Below are positions 9,590-22,344 of a DNA stretch of 64,000 nt, piece after piece. Each line of letters starts with the position of its first letter. Position 1 is the stretch's first letter. A model generated the notes under the pieces. The model was not told where the DNA came from and did no database searches. It worked only from the letters and a program-made list of their open reading frames with translations. The DNA is from an uncultured Sphingomonas sp. GTDB lineage: Bacteria > Pseudomonadota > Alphaproteobacteria > Sphingomonadales > Sphingomonadaceae. The position numbers and the translations under genes were made by a program. The stretch lies in NCBI GenBank assembly GCA_913776255.1, contig CAJYLV010000052.1, positions 2,883 through 66,882 of the forward strand, read 5' to 3'.

Positions 9590-9689
9590 GATCGTTGCGG
9601 TTCCTCTGCGGCCGAGGAGAACGTTTCGCGTGGCGGATCGGTGCCGTGGCGGAGCGACCCGTCACTGTGGATCGCGCGCCTTACTCTAT

Positions 9690-9776
9690 CGTCACCCCGG
9701 CCTTGAGCCGGGGTCCCGCTTCTTCAACGCCGGTCGGCAAGAAGAAGCGGGACCCCGGATCAAGTCCGGGGCGACG
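9690..9776. repeat. CGTC-tagged palindromic repeat, class B
   Basis: cgtcaccccgg..ttgagccgggg.cccgcttctt ... aagaagcgggaccccggatcaagtccggggcgacg. Confidence 0.85.
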
Positions 9777-9785
9777 CGGCGTCTC

Positions 9786-13046
<3,261 letters not shown>

Positions 13047-13056
13047 TTAAGTCATT

Positions 13057-13067
13057 TTGTAAGACAA
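13057..13067. promoter_or_regulatory. FadR/DgoR-like operator palindrome
   Basis: TTGT-AAG-ACAA in the divergent intergenic region. Confidence 0.5.
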
Positions 13068-13184
13068 GTATCGGCTGTGCCCGGTTTTGCCAAGAGCACG
13101 TGCGGGTTGACGCACGCCGCGCTTTGCGGTCCCTGTGCGCGAGCGGGCCGCGCGGGGCGGACGATGCGGGCGGAGCACGATCTT

Positions 13185-14495
13185 TTGAACACGACCTTGC
13201 TGCGCGGCGTGCTGGTGGGTGGACTGGCCGGGCTATTGTTCGGCTTCGACACCGCGGTGATCGCGGGAACCACCGAGGGCATCCGCACCGCCTTCGCGCT
13301 CGACGCCAGTGGAGTCGGTATCACGGTGTCGGCGGCCTTGTGGGGGACGCTGGCGGGCGCGTTGCTCGCCGGATTGCCGGGCGATCGCTATGGCGCGCGC
13401 AATGCGCTGAAGGGGATCGCGCTGCTCTATTGCCTGTCCGGGCTGGGCTGCCTGATCGCGTGGAGCTGGCCGGCGCTGATCGTGTTCCGCGTCATGGCCG
13501 GGCTGGCGGTCGGCGCGTCATCGGTGCTGGCACCGGTATACCTCGCCGAGATCGCTCCCGCCGAGCGGCGCGGGTTGATGGTGGGCACGTTCCAGCTCAA
13601 CATCGTGCTCGGCATCCTCGCCGCCTATCTGAGCAACGCCGTCGTCGGCAGCTTCGATCTGGGTGCTGGCGACTGGCAGGTGAAGCTGGGCGTCAGCGCG
13701 GTGCCGGCGCTGCTGCTGCTGTCGCTGATGTTCACGATCCCCGACAGCCCGCGCTGGCTGGCGGCGAAGGGGCGCGAGGACGAGGCCGAGACGGTGCTGG
13801 TCGGGCTTGGAGTCGTCGATCCGCGGCACGAGCTGGACAGCTATGCGCGCGCCGCGGCGGCGGTGGCGGTGGGCAGCGCGCCGCGGCTGTCGTGGGCGCG
13901 GCATCGCAGGCCGATCCTGCTCGCCTTCGCGGTGGCGTCGTTCAACCAGCTCTCGGGGATCAACGCGATCCTTTACTACCTCAACGATATCTTCGCGGCG
14001 GCCGGCTATGACGCGGTGTCCGCCGACCGGCAGGCGGTGACGATCGGGCTGTGCAATTTCGTGTTCACCGCGCTGGCGTTGCTGGTGATCGACCGACTGG
14101 GGCGGCGGACGTTGCTGCTGATCGGGTCGGTCGGGCTGACACTGGCGCTGGGCGGGACCGCGGCGGTGTTCCTGAGCGGGCAGGGGCAGCAGTATCTGCT
14201 CGCGCTGCTGATCGCGTTCATCGCCTTCTTCGCGTTCAGCCAGGGCGCGGTGATCTGGGTCTATGTTAGCGAGATCTTCCCGACCGACGTCCGCGCGCGC
14301 GGGCAGGCACTTGGCTCCTCGACGCACTGGGCGATGGATGCGGTGATCGCGATGGCCTTTCCGGTGATTGCCGCGCACACGCGCGGGCTACCGTTCGTCG
14401 TGTTCGCGGCTATGATGGCGGTGCAGTTCGTCGTGGTGCTGATGTTCTTCCCCGAGACCAAGCAGCGCTCGCTGGAGGCGATCGGCGCGGATTGA
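13185..14495 (+). CDS. Sugar porter family MFS transporter
   Basis: GLLFGFDTAVIAG, PDSPRWL, NQLSGINAILYY, IDRLGRR, SEIFP, PETK; start TTG 13185 (GGAG upstream) or ATG 13164. Confidence 0.92.
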   Translation: MNTTLLRGVLVGGLAGLLFGFDTAVIAGTTEGIRTAFALDASGVGITVSAALWGTLAGALLAGLPGDRYGARNALKGIALLYCLSGLGCLIAWSWPALIVFRVMAGLAVGASSVLAPVYLAEIAPAERRGLMVGTFQLNIVLGILAAYLSNAVVGSFDLGAGDWQVKLGVSAVPALLLLSLMFTIPDSPRWLAAKGREDEAETVLVGLGVVDPRHELDSYARAAAAVAVGSAPRLSWARHRRPILLAFAVASFNQLSGINAILYYLNDIFAAAGYDAVSADRQAVTIGLCNFVFTALALLVIDRLGRRTLLLIGSVGLTLALGGTAAVFLSGQGQQYLLALLIAFIAFFAFSQGAVIWVYVSEIFPTDVRARGQALGSSTHWAMDAVIAMAFPVIAAHTRGLPFVVFAAMMAVQFVVVLMFFPETKQRSLEAIGAD

Positions 14496-14498
14496 TCT

Positions 14499-14516
14499 AT
14501 TGATAATCATTCGCAT
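14499..14516. promoter_or_regulatory. Putative Fur/iron-responsive box
   Basis: ATTGATAATCATTCGCAT, AT-rich imperfect palindrome resembling GATAATCATT Fur sites. Confidence 0.65.
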
Positions 14517-14554
14517 CTAGCCTATGCGCTGAATCCGGTCGTGGAGGATCAGGC

Positions 14555-14932
14555 ATGAGCATCGTCGCAGCGCCCTTGTCGTCGTCGTCGCGCGGCGTAT
14601 CCTGTTTGTTGCCGACGCTGGCGCGGGGATGGCGCGCCGCGCGCGACCGGCATGCCTGCACGCAGCAACGGCTGCACCGGCTGCTTGCGCCGCATCATGC
14701 CGGCATGCTGGCGCCCGTGTTCGACAGTCTAATGACGCTCTACGAGGCGGCGCTGGGGCGCGCGTTCCGGGTCGGTACGGTGGCGGCGCTGTCGGCGGAC
14801 GAGCGGATGCTGATCGACCTGCTCGACGGCGCGCGGCCGCAGCGCGTGTGCATCAACTGCCCGGAAGGCGCGGCGCGGGCGCTGCATTGCTCGCTGTGCT
14901 CGACGCGGATCATGCTGGCAATGGTGGGGTGA
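14555..14932 (+). CDS. Cys/His-rich hypothetical protein
   Basis: GGAGG RBS, 125 aa, C-terminal CINC...HCSLC. Confidence 0.7.
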   Translation: MSIVAAPLSSSSRGVSCLLPTLARGWRAARDRHACTQQRLHRLLAPHHAGMLAPVFDSLMTLYEAALGRAFRVGTVAALSADERMLIDLLDGARPQRVCINCPEGAARALHCSLCSTRIMLAMVG

Positions 14933-14945
14933 TGGTGTCCTCGAT

Positions 14946-15022
14946 CGTCATTGCGAGCGTAGCGAGGCCATCCAGAGCCGGATCAGGATGCCCTGGATTG
15001 TTTCGCTACGCTCGCAATGACG
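14946..15022. repeat. CGTC-tagged palindromic repeat, class A
   Basis: cgtcattgcgagcgtagcga...tcgctacgctcgcaatgacg. Confidence 0.9.
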
Positions 15023-15025
15023 GAG

Positions 15026-15787
15026 TTAATCGATCGTCGGCTGGAGCTGCGCGCTGATCGACCTGGTGGCGTCGCGGAGCAGCGTGCGGGTCTCGGCGAG
15101 CGACACCCGTGCCGCACGACCGGCGACGAATGGCACCGTCAGGGCGGCGCGCGCGGCGCCATGTTCGAGCACCGGTGCCGACAGGTCGGTGATCCCCTCC
15201 AGCATCGGGCTGGGCGTGACGGCATCGCCTTCCGTGACGAGCGCGTCGAGTTGTCGGTCGAGCGCCGGATCGATGTCGCCACCGGTTTCGCGCACCTCGG
15301 TCAGCATCGCGGCGCGGACCGCGGCCGGCTGGAAGGCGAGCAGCACGCGCCCCGAGTTCGAGCGGTGGAGCGGGCGGCGATAGCCGACGCGGACCGCGAA
15401 GCCCGACAGGCCGGGCGCCTCGACCCCGGCGATCACCACCATCTCCGCGCCCGATGCGACCGCGAGGTGGCAGCTCTGCCCGGTCGCGCGCGCCAGCCCC
15501 TGCATCACCGGCAGCGCGGTGACGGTGAGGTCGCGCACTGGGGGGCGCCCCATGCCGAGCGCGAACAGGCGGTTGGTGAGGCGGTAACCGTCGTCGTCGC
15601 GCGCGATGTAGCGATGCTCCTCGAGCACCTGGAGCATCCGGAAGATCTCGCCCACCGAGCGGCCGAGTGCGCCGGAGATGTCGGACATCGTCAGCGCCTG
15701 TTCGGAGGTGGCGAGCAGTTCGAGGATCTCCAGCCCCTTCTTGAGCGCAGGAGCCTGATAGCGGGGCGGATTCGTCATGGTCGCCAT
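15026..15787 (-). CDS. IclR family transcriptional regulator
   Basis: YQAPALKKGLEILELL HTH and effector domain (SNSGRVLLAF); divergent from the catabolic operon. Confidence 0.9.
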   Translation of the reverse strand: MATMTNPPRYQAPALKKGLEILELLATSEQALTMSDISGALGRSVGEIFRMLQVLEEHRYIARDDDGYRLTNRLFALGMGRPPVRDLTVTALPVMQGLARATGQSCHLAVASGAEMVVIAGVEAPGLSGFAVRVGYRRPLHRSNSGRVLLAFQPAAVRAAMLTEVRETGGDIDPALDRQLDALVTEGDAVTPSPMLEGITDLSAPVLEHGAARAALTVPFVAGRAARVSLAETRTLLRDATRSISAQLQPTID

Positions 15788-15932
15788 ACCCTAGCCAAGC
15801 ACGTCCGGCCGCGCCAGCACCTGCCAATTCCCGTCAATAAAAGTATTTTTCACATTTCAATCGTCATCGCGCTGGCCTAGGTTGTCGATGCGGTGCTCAC
15901 GCGACTAAGTGGGGCCGAGAGAGGAAGCGTGC

Positions 15933-17234
15933 ATGTTCCAGGAAGCGACCCCCAGTTCACCGCCGCTCGACCGGGCCGGCGATGCGCTGCCGCGGTTCGG
16001 CATGGGAACGGCGGCGATCGGCAACCTCTATCGCGCGATCGATGACGCCACCGCGGAGGCGACCGTCGCCGCGGCGCTGGCGGCGGGCGTGCGCTATTTC
16101 GACACCGCGCCGCATTACGGCTTCGGGCTGGCGGAGCGGCGGCTCGGCGCGGCGCTGGCGCGGTACGACGCGGCCCGGACGTCGAGGATCTCGACCAAGG
16201 TCGGGCGGCTGCTCGCACCCACTGACGCCGCGGGTATACGCCACGGTTTCGTCGATGCCGATCCGTTCGAGCCGGTGTTCGACTATACCGCCGACGGCAT
16301 ACGGCGGTCGTTCGAGGCGAGTTGCGCGCGATTGCAGCGCGACCGCGTCGACGTGCTGTTCGCGCACGATCTCGGGCGGCTGACGCATGGCGACGCGCAT
16401 GAGCGCCACCTGCGCGACTTTCTCGACGGCGGCTATGCCGCGATGGTGGCGCTGCGCGAGGCCGGCGTCGTCGGTGCGATCGGGGTCGGGGTCAACGAGT
16501 TCGCGGTCTGCGAGGAGTTGCTCGACCGCGTGCCGCTCGACGTGATCCTGCTGGCGGGGCGCTACACGTTGCTCGATCGCAGCGCGAAGCCGTTCCTCGA
16601 TCGCTGCCAGGCGGAGGGCGTGCGCGTCGTGATCGGCGGCGCCTACAACAGCGGCATCCTCGCGCGCGATCCGCAGGAGGCGGACCCGGCGCAGTCGCAT
16701 TACGATTATGCCGCCCCGCCCGCCGCACTCGTCAAGCGGACGCGCGCGCTCGCCCGGACCTGCGCCACCGCGGGCGTGTCGCTGCCGGCGGCCGCGATCC
16801 AGTTCCCGCTGCGCCATCCGGCGGTGGCGTGCGTGCTGGCCGGGCTCGGCAACCCGGACGAGGTCGCCGATCTGCGCGCGCGGATCGTGGCGCCGATCCC
16901 CGACGATCTGTGGCCGGCGCTCGAGGCGCGCGCGCCGCAGCAGCTGATCCTCCTCCACCCCGACGACAATGTGATGATCTGCGTCGCGCCGATCGCGGCG
17001 GGCGACCTGCTGCCGGTGTCGGGCGGGACGATCCCGGCGCGCGAGGGCGTGACCGTCGGGCACAAGATCGCGCGGCATCCGCTCAACGCGGGCGACAAGG
17101 TCATCAAATATGGCGCGCCGATCGGCTCGATGACCGATGCCGCGGCGGCCGGACAATGGGTCCATATGCACAATATGAAGAGCGACTATATCGCCAGCCA
17201 CACGCGCAGCACCGTGACGGAGCAGCGCGCATGA
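15933..17234 (+). CDS. Aldo/keto reductase (L-fucose/D-threo-aldose dehydrogenase-like) fused to a C-terminal SAF domain (UxaA small subunit)
   Basis: GNLYR, YFDTAPHYGFG, STKVGR, FDYTADGI, then LHPDDNV...GHKIA...VIKYGAPIG...WVHMHN in the same frame. Confidence 0.88.
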   Translation: MFQEATPSSPPLDRAGDALPRFGMGTAAIGNLYRAIDDATAEATVAAALAAGVRYFDTAPHYGFGLAERRLGAALARYDAARTSRISTKVGRLLAPTDAAGIRHGFVDADPFEPVFDYTADGIRRSFEASCARLQRDRVDVLFAHDLGRLTHGDAHERHLRDFLDGGYAAMVALREAGVVGAIGVGVNEFAVCEELLDRVPLDVILLAGRYTLLDRSAKPFLDRCQAEGVRVVIGGAYNSGILARDPQEADPAQSHYDYAAPPAALVKRTRALARTCATAGVSLPAAAIQFPLRHPAVACVLAGLGNPDEVADLRARIVAPIPDDLWPALEARAPQQLILLHPDDNVMICVAPIAAGDLLPVSGGTIPAREGVTVGHKIARHPLNAGDKVIKYGAPIGSMTDAAAAGQWVHMHNMKSDYIASHTRSTVTEQRA

Positions 17235-18433
17235 TCGACGCATGGCAGCGCGCCGACGGGCGCAAGGGCATCCGCAACACCGTCGCGGTCGCCTATCTGG
17301 TCGAGTGCGCGCATCATGTCGCGAGGCGGATCGTCGACAAGGCCGATGACGCCGACGTGCATCTGATCGGTTTCCCCGGCTGCTATCCCAATGCCTATGC
17401 CGCGCGGGTGATGGAGGCGGTGACGACGCACCCGAATGTCGGCGGGGTGGTGATCGTGTCGCTGGGCTGCGAGAGTTTCGATCGCGAGCGGTTGCAGCAG
17501 GTGATCCGCGACAGCGGCCGCCCGGTCGAGCTGTACGTCATCCAGCAGACCGGCGGCACCGCGGCGACGATCGCCGCCGGGCTGGAGGCGGTCGCGCGGG
17601 TCAAGGCGCAGATCGCCGACGTGCCGCGCGTGCCGATGCGCGTCGACGAGCTGATCGTCGGCACGATCTGCGGCGGGTCGGACGGGACCAGCGGGATCAC
17701 CGCCAACCCGGCGGTCGGGCGCGCGTTCGACCGGCTGGTGGCCGACGGCGCGACCTGCATCTTCGAGGAAACCGGCGAGCTGGTCGGGTGCGAGGGGATC
17801 ATGGCCGATCGTGCGCTGACCCCCGAGCTGGGCGAGGAGATCATGGCCTGTGTCCGCAAGGCCGAGGAATATTACACGATCATGGGCTTCGGCAGCTTCG
17901 CGCCCGGCAATGCCGAGGGCGGGCTGACGACGCAGGAAGAGAAGTCGATGGGGGCGTATTCCAAATCGGGCTCGTCGCTGATCAGCGGGATCATCAAGCC
18001 CGGCGACGTGCCCCCCGCGGGCGGGCTGTACCTGCTCGACGTCGTGCCCGACGGCGAGCCGCGCTTCGGCTTCCCCAACATCTCCGACAATGCCGAGATC
18101 GTCGAGATGATCGCCTGCGGATGCCATCTGACGCTGTTCACCACCGGGCGCGGCTCGGTGGTCGGCTCGGCGATCGCACCGGTCATCAAGATTTGCGCCA
18201 ACCCCGAGACGGCGCGGCGGCTTGCAGCGGATATGGACATCAACGCCGGGCGCATCCTCGAAGGCGACGCGACGCTCGACGAGGTCGGCGACGAGATCGT
18301 CGACGCGATCATGGCGGTGGCCGGCGGGCAGCCGAGCGTGTCCGAAGCGCTGGGGCATCGCGAATTCATCCTGACCTACAAGGCGTTCGATCCGGTAGGG
18401 CCGGCGTGCCTGCCGGTCGCTGCACGGAGTTAA
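17231..18433 (+). CDS. UxaA/GarD family sugar-acid dehydratase, large subunit
   Basis: RADGRKGIRN, HPNVGG, SLGCE, CGGSDGTSG, GNAEGGLTT.EEKS.GA, FTTGRG; ATGA overlap with the upstream gene. Confidence 0.9.
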   Translation: MIDAWQRADGRKGIRNTVAVAYLVECAHHVARRIVDKADDADVHLIGFPGCYPNAYAARVMEAVTTHPNVGGVVIVSLGCESFDRERLQQVIRDSGRPVELYVIQQTGGTAATIAAGLEAVARVKAQIADVPRVPMRVDELIVGTICGGSDGTSGITANPAVGRAFDRLVADGATCIFEETGELVGCEGIMADRALTPELGEEIMACVRKAEEYYTIMGFGSFAPGNAEGGLTTQEEKSMGAYSKSGSSLISGIIKPGDVPPAGGLYLLDVVPDGEPRFGFPNISDNAEIVEMIACGCHLTLFTTGRGSVVGSAIAPVIKICANPETARRLAADMDINAGRILEGDATLDEVGDEIVDAIMAVAGGQPSVSEALGHREFILTYKAFDPVGPACLPVAARS

Positions 18434-18436
18434 TCG

Positions 18437-19168
18437 ATGGAAGGCCGGTTGAAGGGCAAGGTCGCGCTGATCACCGCGGCGGGCAACGGGATCGGGCGCG
18501 CCGCCGCATTGCGCTACGCCGCCGAGGGGGCGCGGGTGATCGCGACCGATATCGATGCGGGCGCGCTGGCCGGGCTCGACGGATGCGAGCAGCGGGCGCT
18601 GGACGTCACCGATGCGGCGCAGATCGCCGCGCTGGTGGATGAGGTCGGGCGGATCGACGTGCTCGCGAACATCGCGGGCATCGTCCATGCCGGCACGATC
18701 CTCGACATGAGCGATGCGGAGTGGGAGCAGGCGGTCGCGATCAACATGACCGCGATGACCCGCACGATCCGCGCGGTGCTGCCGGGGATGCTGGCGGCGG
18801 GCGGCGGCGCGATCGTCAACATGTCGTCGATCGCCAGCTCGGTGAAGGGCATCCCCAACCGCTTTGCCTATACCGCCACCAAGGCGGGGGTGATCGGCAT
18901 CACCAAGGCGGTCGCGGCCGATTTCGTCGGGCAGGGCATCCGCTGCAACGCGATCTGCCCCGGCACGGTCGACACGCCGTCGCTCCAGCAGCGGCTGCGC
19001 GACACCGGCGATTACGCGGCCGCGCAACAGGCGTTCGTCGCGCGGCAGCCGATGGGGCGGCTGGGGCGCGCCGAAGAGATCGCGGCGCTGGTCGCCTATC
19101 TGGGCAGCGATGACGCCGCCTTCACGACCGGCGCGGTGCATGTCATCGACGGCGGCTGGGTCAATTGA
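18437..19168 (+). CDS. SDR, 2-keto-3-deoxy-L-fuconate dehydrogenase/BDH2-like
   Basis: ITAAGNGIG, NMSSIASSVKGIPNRFAYTATK, ICPGTVDTPSL. Confidence 0.85.
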   Translation: MEGRLKGKVALITAAGNGIGRAAALRYAAEGARVIATDIDAGALAGLDGCEQRALDVTDAAQIAALVDEVGRIDVLANIAGIVHAGTILDMSDAEWEQAVAINMTAMTRTIRAVLPGMLAAGGGAIVNMSSIASSVKGIPNRFAYTATKAGVIGITKAVAADFVGQGIRCNAICPGTVDTPSLQQRLRDTGDYAAAQQAFVARQPMGRLGRAEEIAALVAYLGSDDAAFTTGAVHVIDGGWVN

Positions 19169-19178
19169 GGAAAAGCGC

Positions 19179-20024
19179 ATGAAGCTGGTACGTTACGGGG
19201 CGCCGGGCGCCGAGAAGCCGGGGATGGTCGATGCGCAGGGGCAAGTCCGCGACCTGTCGGCGCACGTTACCGATATCGCGGGCGCGGCGCTGGGCGATGC
19301 CGGGCTGGCGCGGTTGGCGGCGATCGATCCGGCAACGCTGCCGGTGGTCGCGGTCGACCGCTATGGCCCGTGCGTCGGTGCGGTCGGCAAGTTCCTGTGC
19401 ATCGGGCTCAACTATTCGGATCACGCCGCGGAAACCGGCGCGACCGTGCCGACCGAGCCGGTGATCTTCACCAAGGCGACCAGCGCAATCATCGGCCCCG
19501 ACGACCATGTCGAGATTCCGAAGGGGTCGACCAAGACCGACTGGGAAGTCGAACTGGGGATCGTGATCGGCAAGACGGCGCGCTACGTCGACGAGGCCGA
19601 CGCGCTGGATCATATCGCGGGCTATTGTGTCATCAACGACGTGTCGGAGCGCGCGTTCCAGCTCGAGCGGCAGGGGACGTGGGACAAGGGCAAGGGCTGC
19701 GACACGTTCGGGCCGATCGGACCGTGGCTGGTGACGCGCGACGAGATCGCCGACCCGACCGTGCTGGGCATGTGGCTGGAGGTCAACGGCCATCGCTATC
19801 AGGACGGATCGACGTCGACGATGGTGTACAAGCCGGCGTTCCTGGTCAGCTATGTCAGCCAGTTCATGTCGCTCCAGCCCGGCGACGTGATCTCGACCGG
19901 CACCCCGCCGGGCGTCGGCATGGGGCAGAAGCCGCCGGTGTTCCTGAAGGCGGGCGATGTCATGGAACTGGGGATCGACGGGCTGGGGCGGCAGCGCCAG
20001 ACCGTCGTGGCCTATCAGGCATGA
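19179..20024 (+). CDS. Fumarylacetoacetate hydrolase family protein (2,4-diketo-3-deoxy-acid hydrolase-like)
   Basis: CIGLNYSDH, DWEVEL, NDVSER, KGKGCDTFGP, TGTPPGVG. Confidence 0.9.
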   Translation: MKLVRYGAPGAEKPGMVDAQGQVRDLSAHVTDIAGAALGDAGLARLAAIDPATLPVVAVDRYGPCVGAVGKFLCIGLNYSDHAAETGATVPTEPVIFTKATSAIIGPDDHVEIPKGSTKTDWEVELGIVIGKTARYVDEADALDHIAGYCVINDVSERAFQLERQGTWDKGKGCDTFGPIGPWLVTRDEIADPTVLGMWLEVNGHRYQDGSTSTMVYKPAFLVSYVSQFMSLQPGDVISTGTPPGVGMGQKPPVFLKAGDVMELGIDGLGRQRQTVVAYQA

Positions 20025-20368
20025 CCGACCGCCACGTCCTGCTGGTCGATATCGCCGACGAGCCGGAGGCGATCGCGGCCTATGAGGCGTGGCACGCCGC
20101 CGGCGCGGTGCCCGCCCCGGTGGTCGCGAGCATCCGGGCGGCGGGGATCGTGGCGATGGACATCTATCGCACCGGCGGCCGGCTGGTGATGGTGATGGAG
20201 ACCGACGCCTCCTTCGATGCCGCGGCCAAGGCGGCCGCGGATGCGGCCGATCCCGAGGTGCAGGCGTGGGAGACGAAGATGGATGCGTACCAGCGGCGGC
20301 TGCCGTGGGCGGAGCCGGGTGTGAAATGGGTGGCGGCGCGGCAAATTTTCTCGCTGGCGGAGCAATGA
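20021..20368 (+). CDS. L-rhamnose/L-fucose mutarotase family protein
   Basis: IAAYEAWH...SIRAAGI..M.IYR...WE..M...Q...W motifs; ATGA overlap. Confidence 0.85.
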   Translation: MTDRHVLLVDIADEPEAIAAYEAWHAAGAVPAPVVASIRAAGIVAMDIYRTGGRLVMVMETDASFDAAAKAAADAADPEVQAWETKMDAYQRRLPWAEPGVKWVAARQIFSLAEQ

Positions 20369-20374
20369 TCCACC

Positions 20375-20462
20375 CGTCGTCCCGGAGGTGATCCGGGACC
20401 CCGCTCTTTTCTCTCGCGAATGTGGGTAGGAAGCGGGGTCCCGGGTCAAGCCCGGGACGACG
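20375..20462. repeat. CGTC-tagged palindromic repeat, class B
   Basis: cgtcgtcccggaggtgatccgggaccccgct ... agcggggtcccgggtcaagcccgggacgacg. Confidence 0.85.
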
Positions 20463-20473
20463 ACGGCTCGGCC

Positions 20474-22111
20474 TTACCCCCGCAACCGGCCCTCCAGCAA
20501 ATCCAGCTCGCGGGTGAGCTTGCGGCCGGTCTCGCTGCCGATCGCGCGCGCGCGTTCCATCCGGAACACCTCCTCGCGCTCGGCGCGGATCGCCGCCAGC
20601 CGCAGCACGCGGTCGATGCGCTCGTTCTGCTGGATCACCGCCAGCTCGGGCTCGCCGTCGACGCGGACGCGGATGCGCTCGCGATACAGGTCCATGATCC
20701 GCGTCGCCGCCTCGGCATAGACGTCGGCGTCGTCGCGATCGCGCGACAGGTCGTGCTGCGCGCCATCGACCGCGCGGATCGCGGCGCGCGCGGCGGCGAC
20801 GCGGGCGCGGTTCTCCTCGCCCTGTTTCGACGGTTCGGGTGGTAGCGCGAGCCCGCGCAGCACCAGCGGCAGCCCGATGCTCGCCGCGACCAATGAGACG
20901 ATGATGACCCCGGCGGCGAGCGCGATCGCGAGGTCGCGCGCCGGAAAGGGCGATCCATCGCTCAGCGCCAGCGGCAGCGTCAGCACGCCCGCCAGCGTGA
21001 TGACCCCGCGCACCCCGGCGAGCGACATCGCCGCGAACACCCGCCAGTCCGGACTGCGCAGTGGGGAGTCGTCGACGCCGCGCCGGAGCACGGTCAGCCG
21101 GAACGACACCCATACCCAGACGAAGCGCAGACCGGCGAGCACCGCGACGATCGCGAGCACATAGAGCGCCAGCCACCACGGATTGTCGTGGTTGGTGAGC
21201 CGCACCGTCTCGCGCGCGCCGGCGAGGATCACCGGCAGTTGCTCGCCGAGCAGCACGAAGATGATGCCGTTGAGCGCGAACTGGATCGTGTCCCACACCG
21301 AATTGCGGCGCATCCGGGTCGCGGGGAGCGCCTGGCGCGACAGCTCGGCGAAGGTCATCGTCACGCCGGCCGCGACCACCGCGAGGATGCCGGAGGCGTG
21401 GACATGCTCGGCGGCGATATAGGCGATGAACGGGATCAGCAGGCTGACCAGCACCTGCGATCCGGTATCCTCGCCGAAGCGGCGCGACACCCACGCCTTG
21501 GCGCGCGTGATCGCGAGCGTGGTGACAACGCCGATCGCGATCCCCGCGGCGGCGAGCCACACGAAGCTGGCGGCGGCATCGGCGAGCGAGAAGGCGCCGG
21601 TCAGCGCGGCGGCAATCGCGAAGCGCAGGCAGACGAGGCCCGACGCGTCGTTGAGCAGCGCCTCGCCCTCGAGGATGTGCATCATCCGGCGCGGGATCGG
21701 GACGCGCGCGGCGATCGCCGACACCGCGATCGGATCGGTCGGCGAGACGACCGCGGCAAGCGCGAACGACACCGCCAGCGGCATCGCGGGGATCAGCCAG
21801 TCGATGAAGAAGCCGACGCCGACGACGGTGGTCAGGACCAGCCCCAGCGCCAGTTCGACGACCACCGGCACGTCCTTGAGCAATTCGTCCTTGGGGATGC
21901 GCCAGCCATCGATGAACAGCAGCGGCGGCAGGAAGACCAGCAGGAAGATCTCGGGATCGAGCGTCACCCGCAGGTCCGCGGCCATGCCGATCGCCGCGCC
22001 GAACGCGATCTGGACGAGCGGGGCAGGGAGGTTGATCGGCAGGATGCGCGCGATCGCGCCGCTGATGACGACGGCAAACAATAACAACAGGACGACCGAG
22101 ACGACTTCCAA
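20474..22111 (-). CDS. Na+/H+ antiporter, CPA1 family (YjcE-like)
   Basis: FLPPLLF, SPTDPIAV, LEGEALLNDASG, AGVRGVITLA; TTG start with AGGAGG RBS. Confidence 0.92.
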   Translation of the reverse strand: MEVVSVVLLLLFAVVISGAIARILPINLPAPLVQIAFGAAIGMAADLRVTLDPEIFLLVFLPPLLFIDGWRIPKDELLKDVPVVVELALGLVLTTVVGVGFFIDWLIPAMPLAVSFALAAVVSPTDPIAVSAIAARVPIPRRMMHILEGEALLNDASGLVCLRFAIAAALTGAFSLADAAASFVWLAAAGIAIGVVTTLAITRAKAWVSRRFGEDTGSQVLVSLLIPFIAYIAAEHVHASGILAVVAAGVTMTFAELSRQALPATRMRRNSVWDTIQFALNGIIFVLLGEQLPVILAGARETVRLTNHDNPWWLALYVLAIVAVLAGLRFVWVWVSFRLTVLRRGVDDSPLRSPDWRVFAAMSLAGVRGVITLAGVLTLPLALSDGSPFPARDLAIALAAGVIIVSLVAASIGLPLVLRGLALPPEPSKQGEENRARVAAARAAIRAVDGAQHDLSRDRDDADVYAEAATRIMDLYRERIRVRVDGEPELAVIQQNERIDRVLRLAAIRAEREEVFRMERARAIGSETGRKLTRELDLLEGRLRG

Positions 22112-22234
22112 GGCGGGCAACCTCCTTCGGGACGGGGATGAGGAGGGGGATCGCCGGAAGTGGCGCGCGGCGCAACCGTTCAACGCACCGATCCGGGTCG
22201 GTGCAACGTTTTGTCTTGCGGGGAGCAGTTCCCG

Positions 22235-22340
22235 CGTCATTGCGAGCGTAGCGAAGCAATCCAGAGCCGGACCAGGACGCCCTGGATTGCTTCGCTACGC
22301 TCGCAATGACGGTTTATTCCGGGGCAAGCCCGGGGCGACG
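22235..22340. repeat. Class A palindromic repeat (22235-22311) plus an adjacent class B half-arm
   Basis: cgtcattgcgagcgtagcgaagcaatccag...ctggattgcttcgctacgctcgcaatgacg followed by ccggggcaagcccggggcgacg. Confidence 0.85.
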
Positions 22341-22344
22341 CCGC

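Noticed and set aside
22182-22232. EcfG promoter upstream of the Na+/H+ antiporter
   Set aside because: GGAAC and CGTT are 19 nt apart on the minus strand, outside the 16-17 nt consensus spacing
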